From positions 310,001 through 374,000 of the forward strand of contig MCFH01000025.1 in NCBI GenBank assembly GCA_002104945.1: a stretch of 64,000 bases of DNA, given 5' to 3'. Shown here one piece after another: positions 1 through 9,110 of the stretch. The notes under the pieces are model-generated. The model was not told the origin of the DNA, ran no database searches, and saw nothing but the letters and a program-made list of their open reading frames with translations. Within the stretch, counting starts at the first letter, position 1; each line of letters opens with the position of its first letter. Position numbers and translations under genes: made by a program. This DNA is from Piromyces finnis finn (taxonomy: Eukaryota; Fungi; Neocallimastigomycota).

Positions 1-857
1 TCAATTTATTATTATAGATACTATTAAATACAATATTAAGCAAGGGTATATTTATATAAAAAAAGTACAAAAGAAACCGGAATTGAAAATGAAAATGAAA
101 AATGTAAAGATGTTGTGGAGGATGATTATCATATAAAATCAAGGAACAGTATCAAAGATTTAAAAATAAAACTAAAAAATATATATCTTTATCAAATAAA
201 GTAAACCATAAAACAGTAGATGATATTGTTAATACATATAAAAAAAAAAGTAAATTTAAAAAGTAAAAAAAAAATAAAGAATCAATTTGTTTATTAGATA
301 ATGAGAATGATGAATTAACAGAATATTTAGTTGTTATTAAATTTGTCAAGTACATTAGCTCTTCAAAACTAAGTCAATTATCAAAATTAAATAACGACAA
401 TTGTAAAGATTTTGGAGTTAATTTAAATAAGGAAAATATAACAAAGATAAATAATTTTTTTTTGAATGAGAAATCTATACTAAATAATTCATTGAAAATA
501 ATTGTTTTAGTTTAATTTTAGGGAAAGAAAAAATCTGATTAAACTAAATGATTTTTTAGAATTTATAAAAAAATATTTTTCATTTTTTAAAATGGAGTGG
601 TAATAAAAGAAATGAATATTTTTATAACTTTCATTTTTACGACAAATTAAAATTCCATGAGTATTATCCAAATAGTGACAATATAAAGTATATTATGACA
701 ACTCAAATTAATTATTCAATATCAATATCAGAACAAATATCGAAAAGAATAAATTTAAATAAAATTATTAAACAATTCAAATATGATTTAAAAAAAAATA
801 TAGTACCTACAATAAATATAGAGTATGAACAATTTGATAAATATATTAAATTTCTAA

Positions 858-1163
858 CTTTAATTTTTTATCAAGTGTCCTACTTGATTTGCACCATGTA
901 TATTTTCTAAGGAATGCAATTGGCAAGGTATGAAATAATACAATTTGAGTTTTTCCACTTGGTAAAACATCTAATCTGAGCTAACGCACATTTGGCTGAC
1001 AATGGAGGAATATTCAACTATTTTGAGATAGAGTATAGAGATATAAACGATACAGCTTTGTAAACTCCGGCAACCCATCGTGTTCCTTTATTAACATGGT
1101 TCTGAGCAATCCTAGACCTAGCTTTGTTGGATTCAAGTAATGGTGCAAAGTATGAAACTCTGC
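858..1163 (-). mobile_element. Diverged internal fragment (post-RT region) of the adjacent non-LTR retrotransposon family
   Basis: Aligns by eye to 2480-2790 with about 19 substitutions and one 7-bp deletion (roughly 93-94% identity). Confidence 0.9.
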
Positions 1164-1495
1164 TTTTTTTTTTTTTTTTTTTAACGGCATCAAATATTTT
1201 TTAAACTTTATTATTAATTTAATTAAAATTATAATACATGTAATAAAAAAAATTAAACATAAAAAATAAAAAAAATATGTTTAAATAAACACAAATGAAT
1301 AAAAATTGGGTATAGTGTATTCTAGTAATTTTAATTAAAGTAAGAAAGCCACTATCATACTAAAGTATAATAATTGTATTTGACATCCAATGGGACACCG
1401 AGCCAAAGATCAAAATTTTATCATGGGACAAAATTATGATCTCCATTGGTTGCGCTGGCCCTCCTGGCCTGTCTTACTGTTTCTTCAGCATTGAA

Positions 1496-1659
1496 GCTCT
1501 TGGATGTTGCTTCAAACCTTTTGAACATTGACCATTGCTAGTCAATAGCAAAAGGCATGATTTTGGTTAGAAGTTTAACGCTCTTGGATGTTACTTCAAA
1601 CCTTTTGAATATTGACCATTGCTGGTCAATAGCAAAAGGCATGATTTTGGTTAGAAGTT
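1496..1659. repeat. 84-bp-period tandem duplication at the 3' end of the LINE ORF
   Basis: 1496-1575 matches 1580-1659 with 3 transitions. The peptide LLTKIMPFAID occurs twice. Confidence 0.95.
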
Positions 1660-4600
1660 CTGCTGTTACCGTCAAGAATGGTGTTCCTTCATAAATGCCC
1701 AATCGAATCTGACGCTTACAAAGTTCTTTCCATTCCCTTGAATTGTAATTAATATTGTTAAAACTTCTTCCCCCAAGAAGGAATTTAAATATTTTACTGC
1801 ACACACTAGAATAATCATACACATTAGTATTCACCGGATTATTAGAACTATTACTATCATTAAGTAAATTACTATCTAAATTAGAATTATTATCTTCACT
1901 ATTGCTATCATTACTAATATTATTATTTCTATTACTACTATTGTTATTATTACTATTGTTATTAATTCTACTACTATTATTGTTATTAGTACTATTGTTA
2001 CTATTACTATTGTAATTATTATTACTACTATTGTTACTATTACTATTAATATTATTACTATCTTTACTGATATTAGCATTTTCATTATTATTGATAGGAC
2101 TATTGGAATTACGTTGACTGAAAAAATTTAATAGCTGGACTATGGAATCATAATGTTTAATACGGATATCTCTAAATGTTGGACAATCTAATAACCAATG
2201 TTTAATACTTTGATCTCCACACTTGCAACATGGACAGTAGTTAGGACAAACTGGATCAACAAATTTGGCAGCTTTGGCAACTCTAGCATCCAACTTGTAT
2301 CCGCTTCTTGCTTTCAATAGCCAGTAGAAGCCATAGGCAAACTCTGGGTACTCATAACATAATTTAATAAAATCTTTAGTTTCAATAAATTTATTATCAT
2401 CATAATATTGCGCTTTGATTGAATTCCCTTTGAGATCTTTCCAATAAAAGTTTTTAACTGCTTTAACATCTCCATGTTTCTTTAATTTTTTATCAAGTGT
2501 CCTACTTGATTTGCACCACGTGTATTTTCTAAATTTAGGAATGTAATTGACAAGGTGTGAGATAATACAATTTGAGTTTTTCCATTTGTTAAAACATCTA
2601 ACCTGAGCTAACGCACATTTGGCTGACAATGGAGGAATATTCAAATCTTTTGAAATAGAGTATAAAGATATAAACGATACAGCTTTATGAACTCCGGCAA
2701 CCCATCGTATTCCTTTGTTAACATGCTTCTGAGCAATCCTAGACCTAGCTTTGTTGGATCCAAGTAATGGTGCAAAGTATGAAACTCTGCTAATCACTTG
2801 TGAGTTAAGTACTAGTTTTTTGAAAGGAATAGGAATATTAGGATTTCTTAAGAATTTACTGACTGAGAAAAGCCCTTTCAAAACCTTGTTATTAAGAGCT
2901 TTAATTACTGGTTTAAGGGACAGATTCTTATCAAATGGAACACCAAGATAAGTATAACAATCAGTAGTTGGAATGGGTTGTCCTGCTAAGTAAAATGTTG
3001 GATCTCTCTTGTTCTGATTTTCTATTGATTCAGGACGAATCACCATCGTTGAACATTTCTGGATACCAAATTCCATTTCATTATACAATGCCCATTCATT
3101 AACTCTTCTAAGCATCTTTTTTAAGCATCCTCTTGTTGGAGCACAAATAACTATATCATCTGCAAAAAGTCCACCACAGCATCGAGTGTCACCTAAACTG
3201 ACTCCTAGATCTTCGCACTCTCTAAATATATCATTAATAAAGAGATTAAAGAGAATAGGAGAAAGAGGGCAACCTTGACGGACTCCTTTCTTTACATCAA
3301 AAGATTTCGAGAATTGTCCATCTAATTTGACATTAGCCTTAGATGTTAAATATAAATTTTTGATAAATTGTAAACTCTTACCTCGGATTCCTAAACAATC
3401 TAATTTATGGAGAATATTACCGATTGGGACTGAATCGTATGCTTTCCTGAGATCTAAAAAGGCCAAATATGTCTCTTTATTATCTAATTGACGTCTACGG
3501 CATATTTCTTGGATTGAAATGAAAAGACTAATACTTTCTTCCTTTTTTCGAAAACCAAATTGTTCAGGTCTAATGAAATTATTCTTTAAACCATATTCTG
3601 AGATTCTAGTGGTGACAATTTTGGAAATCAACTTAATGCCATTATTGATAAGTGATATACCTCGATAGTTATCACAATCTGTCAAATCACCCTTCTTAGG
3701 AATAGAAACAATACTGGATTCATTCCATGAGTTGGGGAAATCTCCATCCCAAATACGGTTGAATAATTTAAGAATAAAATTTAAACCATGAGCATCATTA
3801 TCTGAAGTAGTATTACCAGAAGAATTATTATCTGTAGCATTATTAGAATCATTACTTGATGGAACTAATGCTTTGTAAAATTCAATTGGAATACCATCCG
3901 GACCTGATGCTTTATAATTTGGAGTAGTGAGGATAGCTGACTTGACTTCATCAATACTAATATCTTGGTTGATATCCCACTCATCAAGCATAGGAAGTGA
4001 AAAACGTTTATTCGTTGGTTCTTCATACCAATGCTCCAAATCAAGACTTACACCACTTGGGTCTGATGCAAGATTTTCGAAATGATCATGCCACACATCT
4101 AGTAGTTCTTCCGTAGCAACAACTAATTCTCCATTTTTATTTTTAATTGGTTGAGCAATAAAGAAAGAATCTTTTCCAATTTTTGCAGTTTTCTTGATCC
4201 ATTTCCAGGCCTTCTTAGGATTATGACTCTTCATATACTCACATCCTGTTTTAATCCAATGAAGATATTCTTGCTTCCTAAATTCATTACATCTTTTGTG
4301 GATGTAATCAATGAGTTTACGGTAGATTTTAATTCTTTTAATAAATTCATCTATATCATAAATTCTTTCTTTTTTAAATCTCTTATACAACTTCATTTTG
4401 ATTTTTTGAAGATTAAAAATTTGTTGTGAAATATGAAATGAAGACTTTATAACATTATTTGCTGAAGTAATACTGAGCTCGTCTGCAATTGAAAAAGCAG
4501 TTGAAGTAAACTCTTTGGAAAGTTCATCTGTAGAAACATTAGGATCGCTGGATTTTGCTGAAAGTATTTGGAATTTATTATGACTGAGAATAGATTCCTT

Positions 4601-6076
4601 TTCCTCAATACATTTTAATCTATTCCATTTCAGAATTTTCTTAGGAACATTAAAGTCATTAGAAAAATCTTCCATAGGAATAATTTTACCATTAATAAGA
4701 AGTGGCTTATGGTCTGATACAGGATAAAAATTATTTATAAATGATCCTGAGTGAACAAGATCTTTCATCTTCGAATTGATAAGAGCATGGTCAATGTCGG
4801 AAGATTGATCACCTCGAGTCCAAGAGATAGTAGACCCTCTAAGCGGAAGAATTTCCCAATCTCCTAATCCATTAGTTGATAACCAGTTGGATAATTTTAC
4901 TTTAGACATATTAAAATCACCAACAAGAATCGATGGATGGGATGAATGAGTTTGTAACCACAAGCGAACTTCTAACTTTGCATGATCAACATAGATGTTG
5001 TGATGACTATGAGGCATATAAACATTTCCAATCGAGCATTTGAATCTATTCCAGAGACTAAAAGTATAAATAGAAATAATATACTTTCCAGAGAAGTTTT
5101 CAAGTGAGGCTTGACATGAATTGTGAAAACCTAAATATAAACCTCTCATTCCCGGAACTGATTCGTCAGCTTTCTTGAAAAAGTGTCTATAGTTTCGCAA
5201 AGTAACACGACAAGGATAATCTGTATTCGATCCAGAACCATTACCAGTTTCTTGGAAACATAAGAATAATGGTTTGAAAATAGCTATGAAATAGCTAATA
5301 CTATCTCTCTTTTCGTGATTCCACCCATTGGTGTTCCAACTAAGACAAAAAGAAAAGTTATCAGGCTTGTTGGATGAGGAAGAATCGTTGCTATTATTAT
5401 TATTATTAAAGTCATCGTTATTAATGGATGATGCATCAGAGGAATAAGTAGAACTATTACTAGATGGCTGTGAAACTGAAGAACTATCAACTATTGAACT
5501 GTTATCAGAGTTGATAGAGCTATTAGAATTAATTGTTGAATGTTGAGATTGAAATTGTGTTTGCTGTAGATCTGGAATATTTTCATGATGGGAAACTTGT
5601 TGAAGATCCTGTTGAAGATCTTGTTGAAGATCGGATTGTTGATGAGATTGTTGAACTGATTGTTGAACTGATTGTTGAAATGATTGTTGAATAGAATGTT
5701 GATGTTTATTAGAAACTAAAATTTTACGTTTGAGAGTGGAAAAAGTGTATTTGTGATTCCTTCTACTACGAGCTGAAAAGGAAATTGAGGTAACTGAAAG
5801 TTTCTTCTTTAACATGTGTAAGATTTTAATACAATCTTTTGATGAACCATGAACCTTGACTAAGAAAAAGTGATCATTGAAAGTTTGAAAATATTTAACA
5901 CTAATAACTGAATTAAATTTATCTTCTAGAATAACCTCGAGTTTTTCCCATAGCATATTTACTGACCATGATCGAATACCACGGATAAAGAAGGAGCGAA
6001 TATCATCTAAGGGGATACCATAAGACCGGGTACCACGTCTGATATAATTCTTGTCTTTAATATAAAGGACTGACAT
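1538..6076 (-). CDS. LINE polyprotein: N-terminal extension, APE endonuclease, reverse transcriptase, C-terminal CCHC zinc knuckle
   Basis: APE motifs SWNTNG, FQET, VGDFN, DIDH, SDHKP. RT motifs KASGPDGIP, NYRGISL, QFGFR, FLDLRKAYDSV, GVRQGCPLSPILFN, LFADD, YTYLG. C-terminal CKCGDQSIKHWLLDC. Confidence 0.97.
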   Translation of the reverse strand: MSVLYIKDKNYIRRGTRSYGIPLDDIRSFFIRGIRSWSVNMLWEKLEVILEDKFNSVISVKYFQTFNDHFFLVKVHGSSKDCIKILHMLKKKLSVTSISFSARSRRNHKYTFSTLKRKILVSNKHQHSIQQSFQQSVQQSVQQSHQQSDLQQDLQQDLQQVSHHENIPDLQQTQFQSQHSTINSNSSINSDNSSIVDSSSVSQPSSNSSTYSSDASSINNDDFNNNNNSNDSSSSNKPDNFSFCLSWNTNGWNHEKRDSISYFIAIFKPLFLCFQETGNGSGSNTDYPCRVTLRNYRHFFKKADESVPGMRGLYLGFHNSCQASLENFSGKYIISIYTFSLWNRFKCSIGNVYMPHSHHNIYVDHAKLEVRLWLQTHSSHPSILVGDFNMSKVKLSNWLSTNGLGDWEILPLRGSTISWTRGDQSSDIDHALINSKMKDLVHSGSFINNFYPVSDHKPLLINGKIIPMEDFSNDFNVPKKILKWNRLKCIEEKESILSHNKFQILSAKSSDPNVSTDELSKEFTSTAFSIADELSITSANNVIKSSFHISQQIFNLQKIKMKLYKRFKKERIYDIDEFIKRIKIYRKLIDYIHKRCNEFRKQEYLHWIKTGCEYMKSHNPKKAWKWIKKTAKIGKDSFFIAQPIKNKNGELVVATEELLDVWHDHFENLASDPSGVSLDLEHWYEEPTNKRFSLPMLDEWDINQDISIDEVKSAILTTPNYKASGPDGIPIEFYKALVPSSNDSNNATDNNSSGNTTSDNDAHGLNFILKLFNRIWDGDFPNSWNESSIVSIPKKGDLTDCDNYRGISLINNGIKLISKIVTTRISEYGLKNNFIRPEQFGFRKKEESISLFISIQEICRRRQLDNKETYLAFLDLRKAYDSVPIGNILHKLDCLGIRGKSLQFIKNLYLTSKANVKLDGQFSKSFDVKKGVRQGCPLSPILFNLFINDIFRECEDLGVSLGDTRCCGGLFADDIVICAPTRGCLKKMLRRVNEWALYNEMEFGIQKCSTMVIRPESIENQNKRDPTFYLAGQPIPTTDCYTYLGVPFDKNLSLKPVIKALNNKVLKGLFSVSKFLRNPNIPIPFKKLVLNSQVISRVSYFAPLLGSNKARSRIAQKHVNKGIRWVAGVHKAVSFISLYSISKDLNIPPLSAKCALAQVRCFNKWKNSNCIISHLVNYIPKFRKYTWCKSSRTLDKKLKKHGDVKAVKNFYWKDLKGNSIKAQYYDDNKFIETKDFIKLCYEYPEFAYGFYWLLKARSGYKLDARVAKAAKFVDPVCPNYCPCCKCGDQSIKHWLLDCPTFRDIRIKHYDSIVQLLNFFSQRNSNSPINNNENANISKDSNNINSNSNNSSNNNYNSNSNNSTNNNNSSRINNNSNNNNSSNRNNNISNDSNSEDNNSNLDSNLLNDSNSSNNPVNTNVYDYSSVCSKIFKFLLGGRSFNNINYNSREWKELCKRQIRLGIYEGTPFLTVTAELLTKIMPFAIDQQWSIFKRFEVTSKSVKLLTKIMPFAID

Positions 6077-6493
6077 GATAATAAATTCTAATTAAAAATA
6101 TTGAATATAAAATAAATACTAATAAAAATTATAAATATAACGTATATGGAAAAAAAAATCTGTCTCTCTCTCTCTTCTTAAAAGTACTGGATAGTACAAA
6201 AATTGTTACGATGCTTTGTTTAAAGTTTCTTTTTTTGAATTCTAGTTGTAAATTTTCTTTAAAAATTCTAGTTTTGGTTTGTTGTTAGTAAATTCGAATC
6301 GCTTTTTGACACTAAACTTGTTTGACTTTACTTTTCATTAAATATTTAAATTGGTAAAAAATTTGAATCAAGAATGTCGACACCAGAAAGCTTGTGAATA
6401 GTATTTTTACATGATGTAGAGTGAATCAGTCTCTTACAAGAAACAATACAACAATAGCTACATGAATATAAAAATACAATGCAAATGCTAAAG

Positions 6494-6530
6494 TTGACTA
6501 CATTGGGCCAATAGCAAAAGGCATGATTTT
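6494..6530 (-). mobile_element. Short remnant of the LINE 3' coding end (KIMPFAI) upstream of the full-length copy
   Basis: caatagcaaaaggcatgatttt (6509-6530) is identical to the corresponding segment within 1612-1648; weaker similarity extends to 6494. Confidence 0.75.
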
Positions 6531-7112
6531 AGGGCACCAAGCATCCATTGCGCAATACTTGGATTTAATTCTTTCTACTCTCTCAGTACCATGAGCATGA
6601 GTAGACCCCCTTGAGAAACTACATTTATTAAATAAATGAAGGCACGTTCCCAAGAGTGTTGATAGAAACTAGCTTTAAGAAATAACTTAATAAATCTTTA
6701 TTATTAAAAGTTAAAATAACAAAAAAATTAAATAAAAAATAATACTTTTAAATGACTAATTATTTAAATTAATAAATAACCTTTAATTATTAATAAAATA
6801 TAATTTAAAACTTTTATATAAACATTAAATAAACACCGCATCAATATTAAATAACCAAAGCATATTTAACTTTTTTTTTAATTAATTTTATTAATATTAT
6901 GTAGATATTATATAATAATACTATTTATAAATTTTATTGTTTATTTCTTTTTTATTTTAAACACAAAGCTTTTTATATTATATTTTATTTGTATATATTT
7001 CCTTTTTAAAAAGGATATATTTTATATCTATAATTTTTATTCATTTTCAAACTTTATTAGCATTTTGAATAATTTTATATTTAAAATTAAATTATAAAAT
7101 AATTCAAAAAAT

Positions 7113-9110
7113 TTAAGCTTGTTCAACGTTTTCAAGGTACCATTGACCAAGGAATTCAAGAGACTTCTTTGGAATACGAGTACGTTCGTCATCGTTGTAG
7201 AAGTCAATGTAGGTCATACCGAAACGAGTTTCGTAACCGTTTTCCCATTCGAAATTATCAACTAAAGACCAGGCCATGTAACCACGGACATCAACACCAT
7301 CTTCGGCATAGGCAAGACGAAGGTTTTCAAGGTATTGAGCGTACCAGTCAATACGGTATTCATCGTTAATAATGGATCCTTCAATGTTGCTTTCATCTTC
7401 AATGATGGATTCATCGTAGGTGTCAGCGTATTCTGGTTGACCAATAGATTCGAAGTATTCCTTGGTAGCTAAATCGTTAGCACGGCTAACCTTGTAGTTT
7501 GGTTGGGCACAACCGTTTTCGGTAATGATAATACCGTTCTTAATTAAACCCTTGTAACGGTCAGCGAACCAGTTAAGACCAACACGGATAGTTGGACCGT
7601 ACTTGGTGTTCCAGGAAGAACCAGCTTGGGAACCAAGAGTTGGTGGAATGCAGGTCCATCCTTCACCACGACCACGGCAGTTATCATCCCACATATCTTG
7701 CTTGGAAGTTTCGAAGCTAGCTTCGTCATCAGTTGGTGGTTGGACGTAAGTACCATCTTCGTTCTTAACTTGTTCAGCCCAGTGAGCAGTGTAGGTGTTC
7801 CAACCTAAGAAGTCAGAAGATGATCCCTTTAAGAGCTTCTTTTCTTCTGGAGTGAAGACTGGCATATCCTTACCCATTCTTTGCTTGACGGAAGCTGGGT
7901 AATCACCAACCATTGGTGGGTCAGAGTACCAACCAATACGGAATTCAGCTGCTAAGTTGGCGTACTTCTTGTTGTTTTCTAATTCTTCTGGAGTGGTGTT
8001 AGCGTCTTGCCATGGGATTTGAGCTTCACCATCAATGGTAATACCAATAAGACCCTTTTGCTTCTTTTGGAACTTCTTACGGTAGACATTGACAGCCTTG
8101 GCGTGAGCAATAAGAATGTTGTGAGAACACCAGACATCTTCTAATCTTTGTGGAGCACGGTTAGCTGGAAGAACTTCAGCTCCCTTGTAGTATTGAGATG
8201 GACCAATTTCGTAGGAACAACCTCCTTCTAAATCAAGTCCAGTAGTGTCGTTTTGGAGCTTACGTGGAGCTTCACCAGTACATCTGTATGGAGCCTTACC
8301 TGGACCAAGACGGTAACCAGAAACACAGTTAACCCATGGTTCGTTAATGGTGATCCATCCCTTAACACGGTCACCGAAGGTTTCGAAACAGTATTCAGCA
8401 TACTTGGCGAAATCATCTTGGGAACGGTAATCTAACCAACCACCGTACTTTTCGTGAAGGGCGTATGGAAGATCCCAGTGGTAAAGAGTAGCAAGTGGAG
8501 TAATTTCGTTTTCAAGAAGAGTATCAATGACCATGTTGTAGTATTGGGTACCCTTTTCGTTAACGTTCCACTTACCATTAACCTTCTTGGCTTCACCATC
8601 TGGGAAAAGACGAGACCAAGAGATGGAGAAACGGTAGTGGTTAGCCTTCATGATCTTCATCATCTTAACATCTTCATCGAACTTGTGGTATGAATCACAA
8701 GCAACATTACCGTTGGTGGAATCTGGGTTGGTTCTGTCACCAGATTCAACGTTCTTTGGGTAAAGGTGGGTGAAGTGATCCCAAACAGATTCACCACGAC
8801 CATCTTCGTTCCAGGCACCTTCAACTTGGTAGGCAGCAGTAGCAGCACCCCACTTGAAGTCAGCTGGAAGCTTCTTCTTTGGAGTTTCTTCAGCAGATTC
8901 AAAACTAGAATCTTCAACATCATCAAGAGAACCGGTAACTTCAACAACTTCTTCGTCAGATGGAACGGCAACATCATCAGCACCAGCAACATCTTCGACT
9001 TCAGAGTTGAGAGCAACATCATCAGCAGCTGGAGCAGAAGTGTCCTTAACGATACACTTCTTAGCAGCAGTAACAGCTAATAAAGTAGTGAAAACAGAGA
9101 GAGTCTTCAT
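7113..9110 (-). CDS. bglA: Secreted glycoside hydrolase family 1 beta-glucosidase (anaerobic-fungal BglA/Cel1A type), intronless, no dockerin
   Basis: Signal peptide; FKWGAATAAYQVEG; acid/base TINEP; nucleophile ITENG; WSLVDNFEWENGY. Strong C-ending codon bias. Closely resembles Orpinomyces BglA from memory. Confidence 0.95.
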   Translation of the reverse strand: MKTLSVFTTLLAVTAAKKCIVKDTSAPAADDVALNSEVEDVAGADDVAVPSDEEVVEVTGSLDDVEDSSFESAEETPKKKLPADFKWGAATAAYQVEGAWNEDGRGESVWDHFTHLYPKNVESGDRTNPDSTNGNVACDSYHKFDEDVKMMKIMKANHYRFSISWSRLFPDGEAKKVNGKWNVNEKGTQYYNMVIDTLLENEITPLATLYHWDLPYALHEKYGGWLDYRSQDDFAKYAEYCFETFGDRVKGWITINEPWVNCVSGYRLGPGKAPYRCTGEAPRKLQNDTTGLDLEGGCSYEIGPSQYYKGAEVLPANRAPQRLEDVWCSHNILIAHAKAVNVYRKKFQKKQKGLIGITIDGEAQIPWQDANTTPEELENNKKYANLAAEFRIGWYSDPPMVGDYPASVKQRMGKDMPVFTPEEKKLLKGSSSDFLGWNTYTAHWAEQVKNEDGTYVQPPTDDEASFETSKQDMWDDNCRGRGEGWTCIPPTLGSQAGSSWNTKYGPTIRVGLNWFADRYKGLIKNGIIITENGCAQPNYKVSRANDLATKEYFESIGQPEYADTYDESIIEDESNIEGSIINDEYRIDWYAQYLENLRLAYAEDGVDVRGYMAWSLVDNFEWENGYETRFGMTYIDFYNDDERTRIPKKSLEFLGQWYLENVEQA

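Larger units (their letters stand above)
1164..6490 (-). mobile_element. Near full-length APE-type non-LTR retrotransposon (LINE), single ORF; 5' end unresolved
   Basis: 1512-aa EN-RT-Zn knuckle ORF. A 19-nt T run at 1164-1182 is a candidate poly(A) tail on the minus strand. A (GA)n tract near 6161-6177 lies in the putative 5' UTR. No TSD found, so both boundaries are approximate. Confidence 0.8.

Noticed and set aside
1-857. ORFs 152-355 and 695-910 and short plus-strand open stretches
   Set aside because: Short, stop-interrupted and AT-biased with no recognisable motif. The 695-910 ORF runs into the LINE fragment. Possibly a decayed gene, but unsupported.
1538-1540. RIP as the cause of the CAG->TAG stop
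   Set aside because: A single CpA->TpA event among three transitions is not evidence, and RIP is not established for this fungal group.
6590-6615. RGSTHAHG as a Helitron Rep HUH motif
   Set aside because: Isolated 8-aa resemblance in a short stop-bounded frame with no other Rep or helicase motifs.
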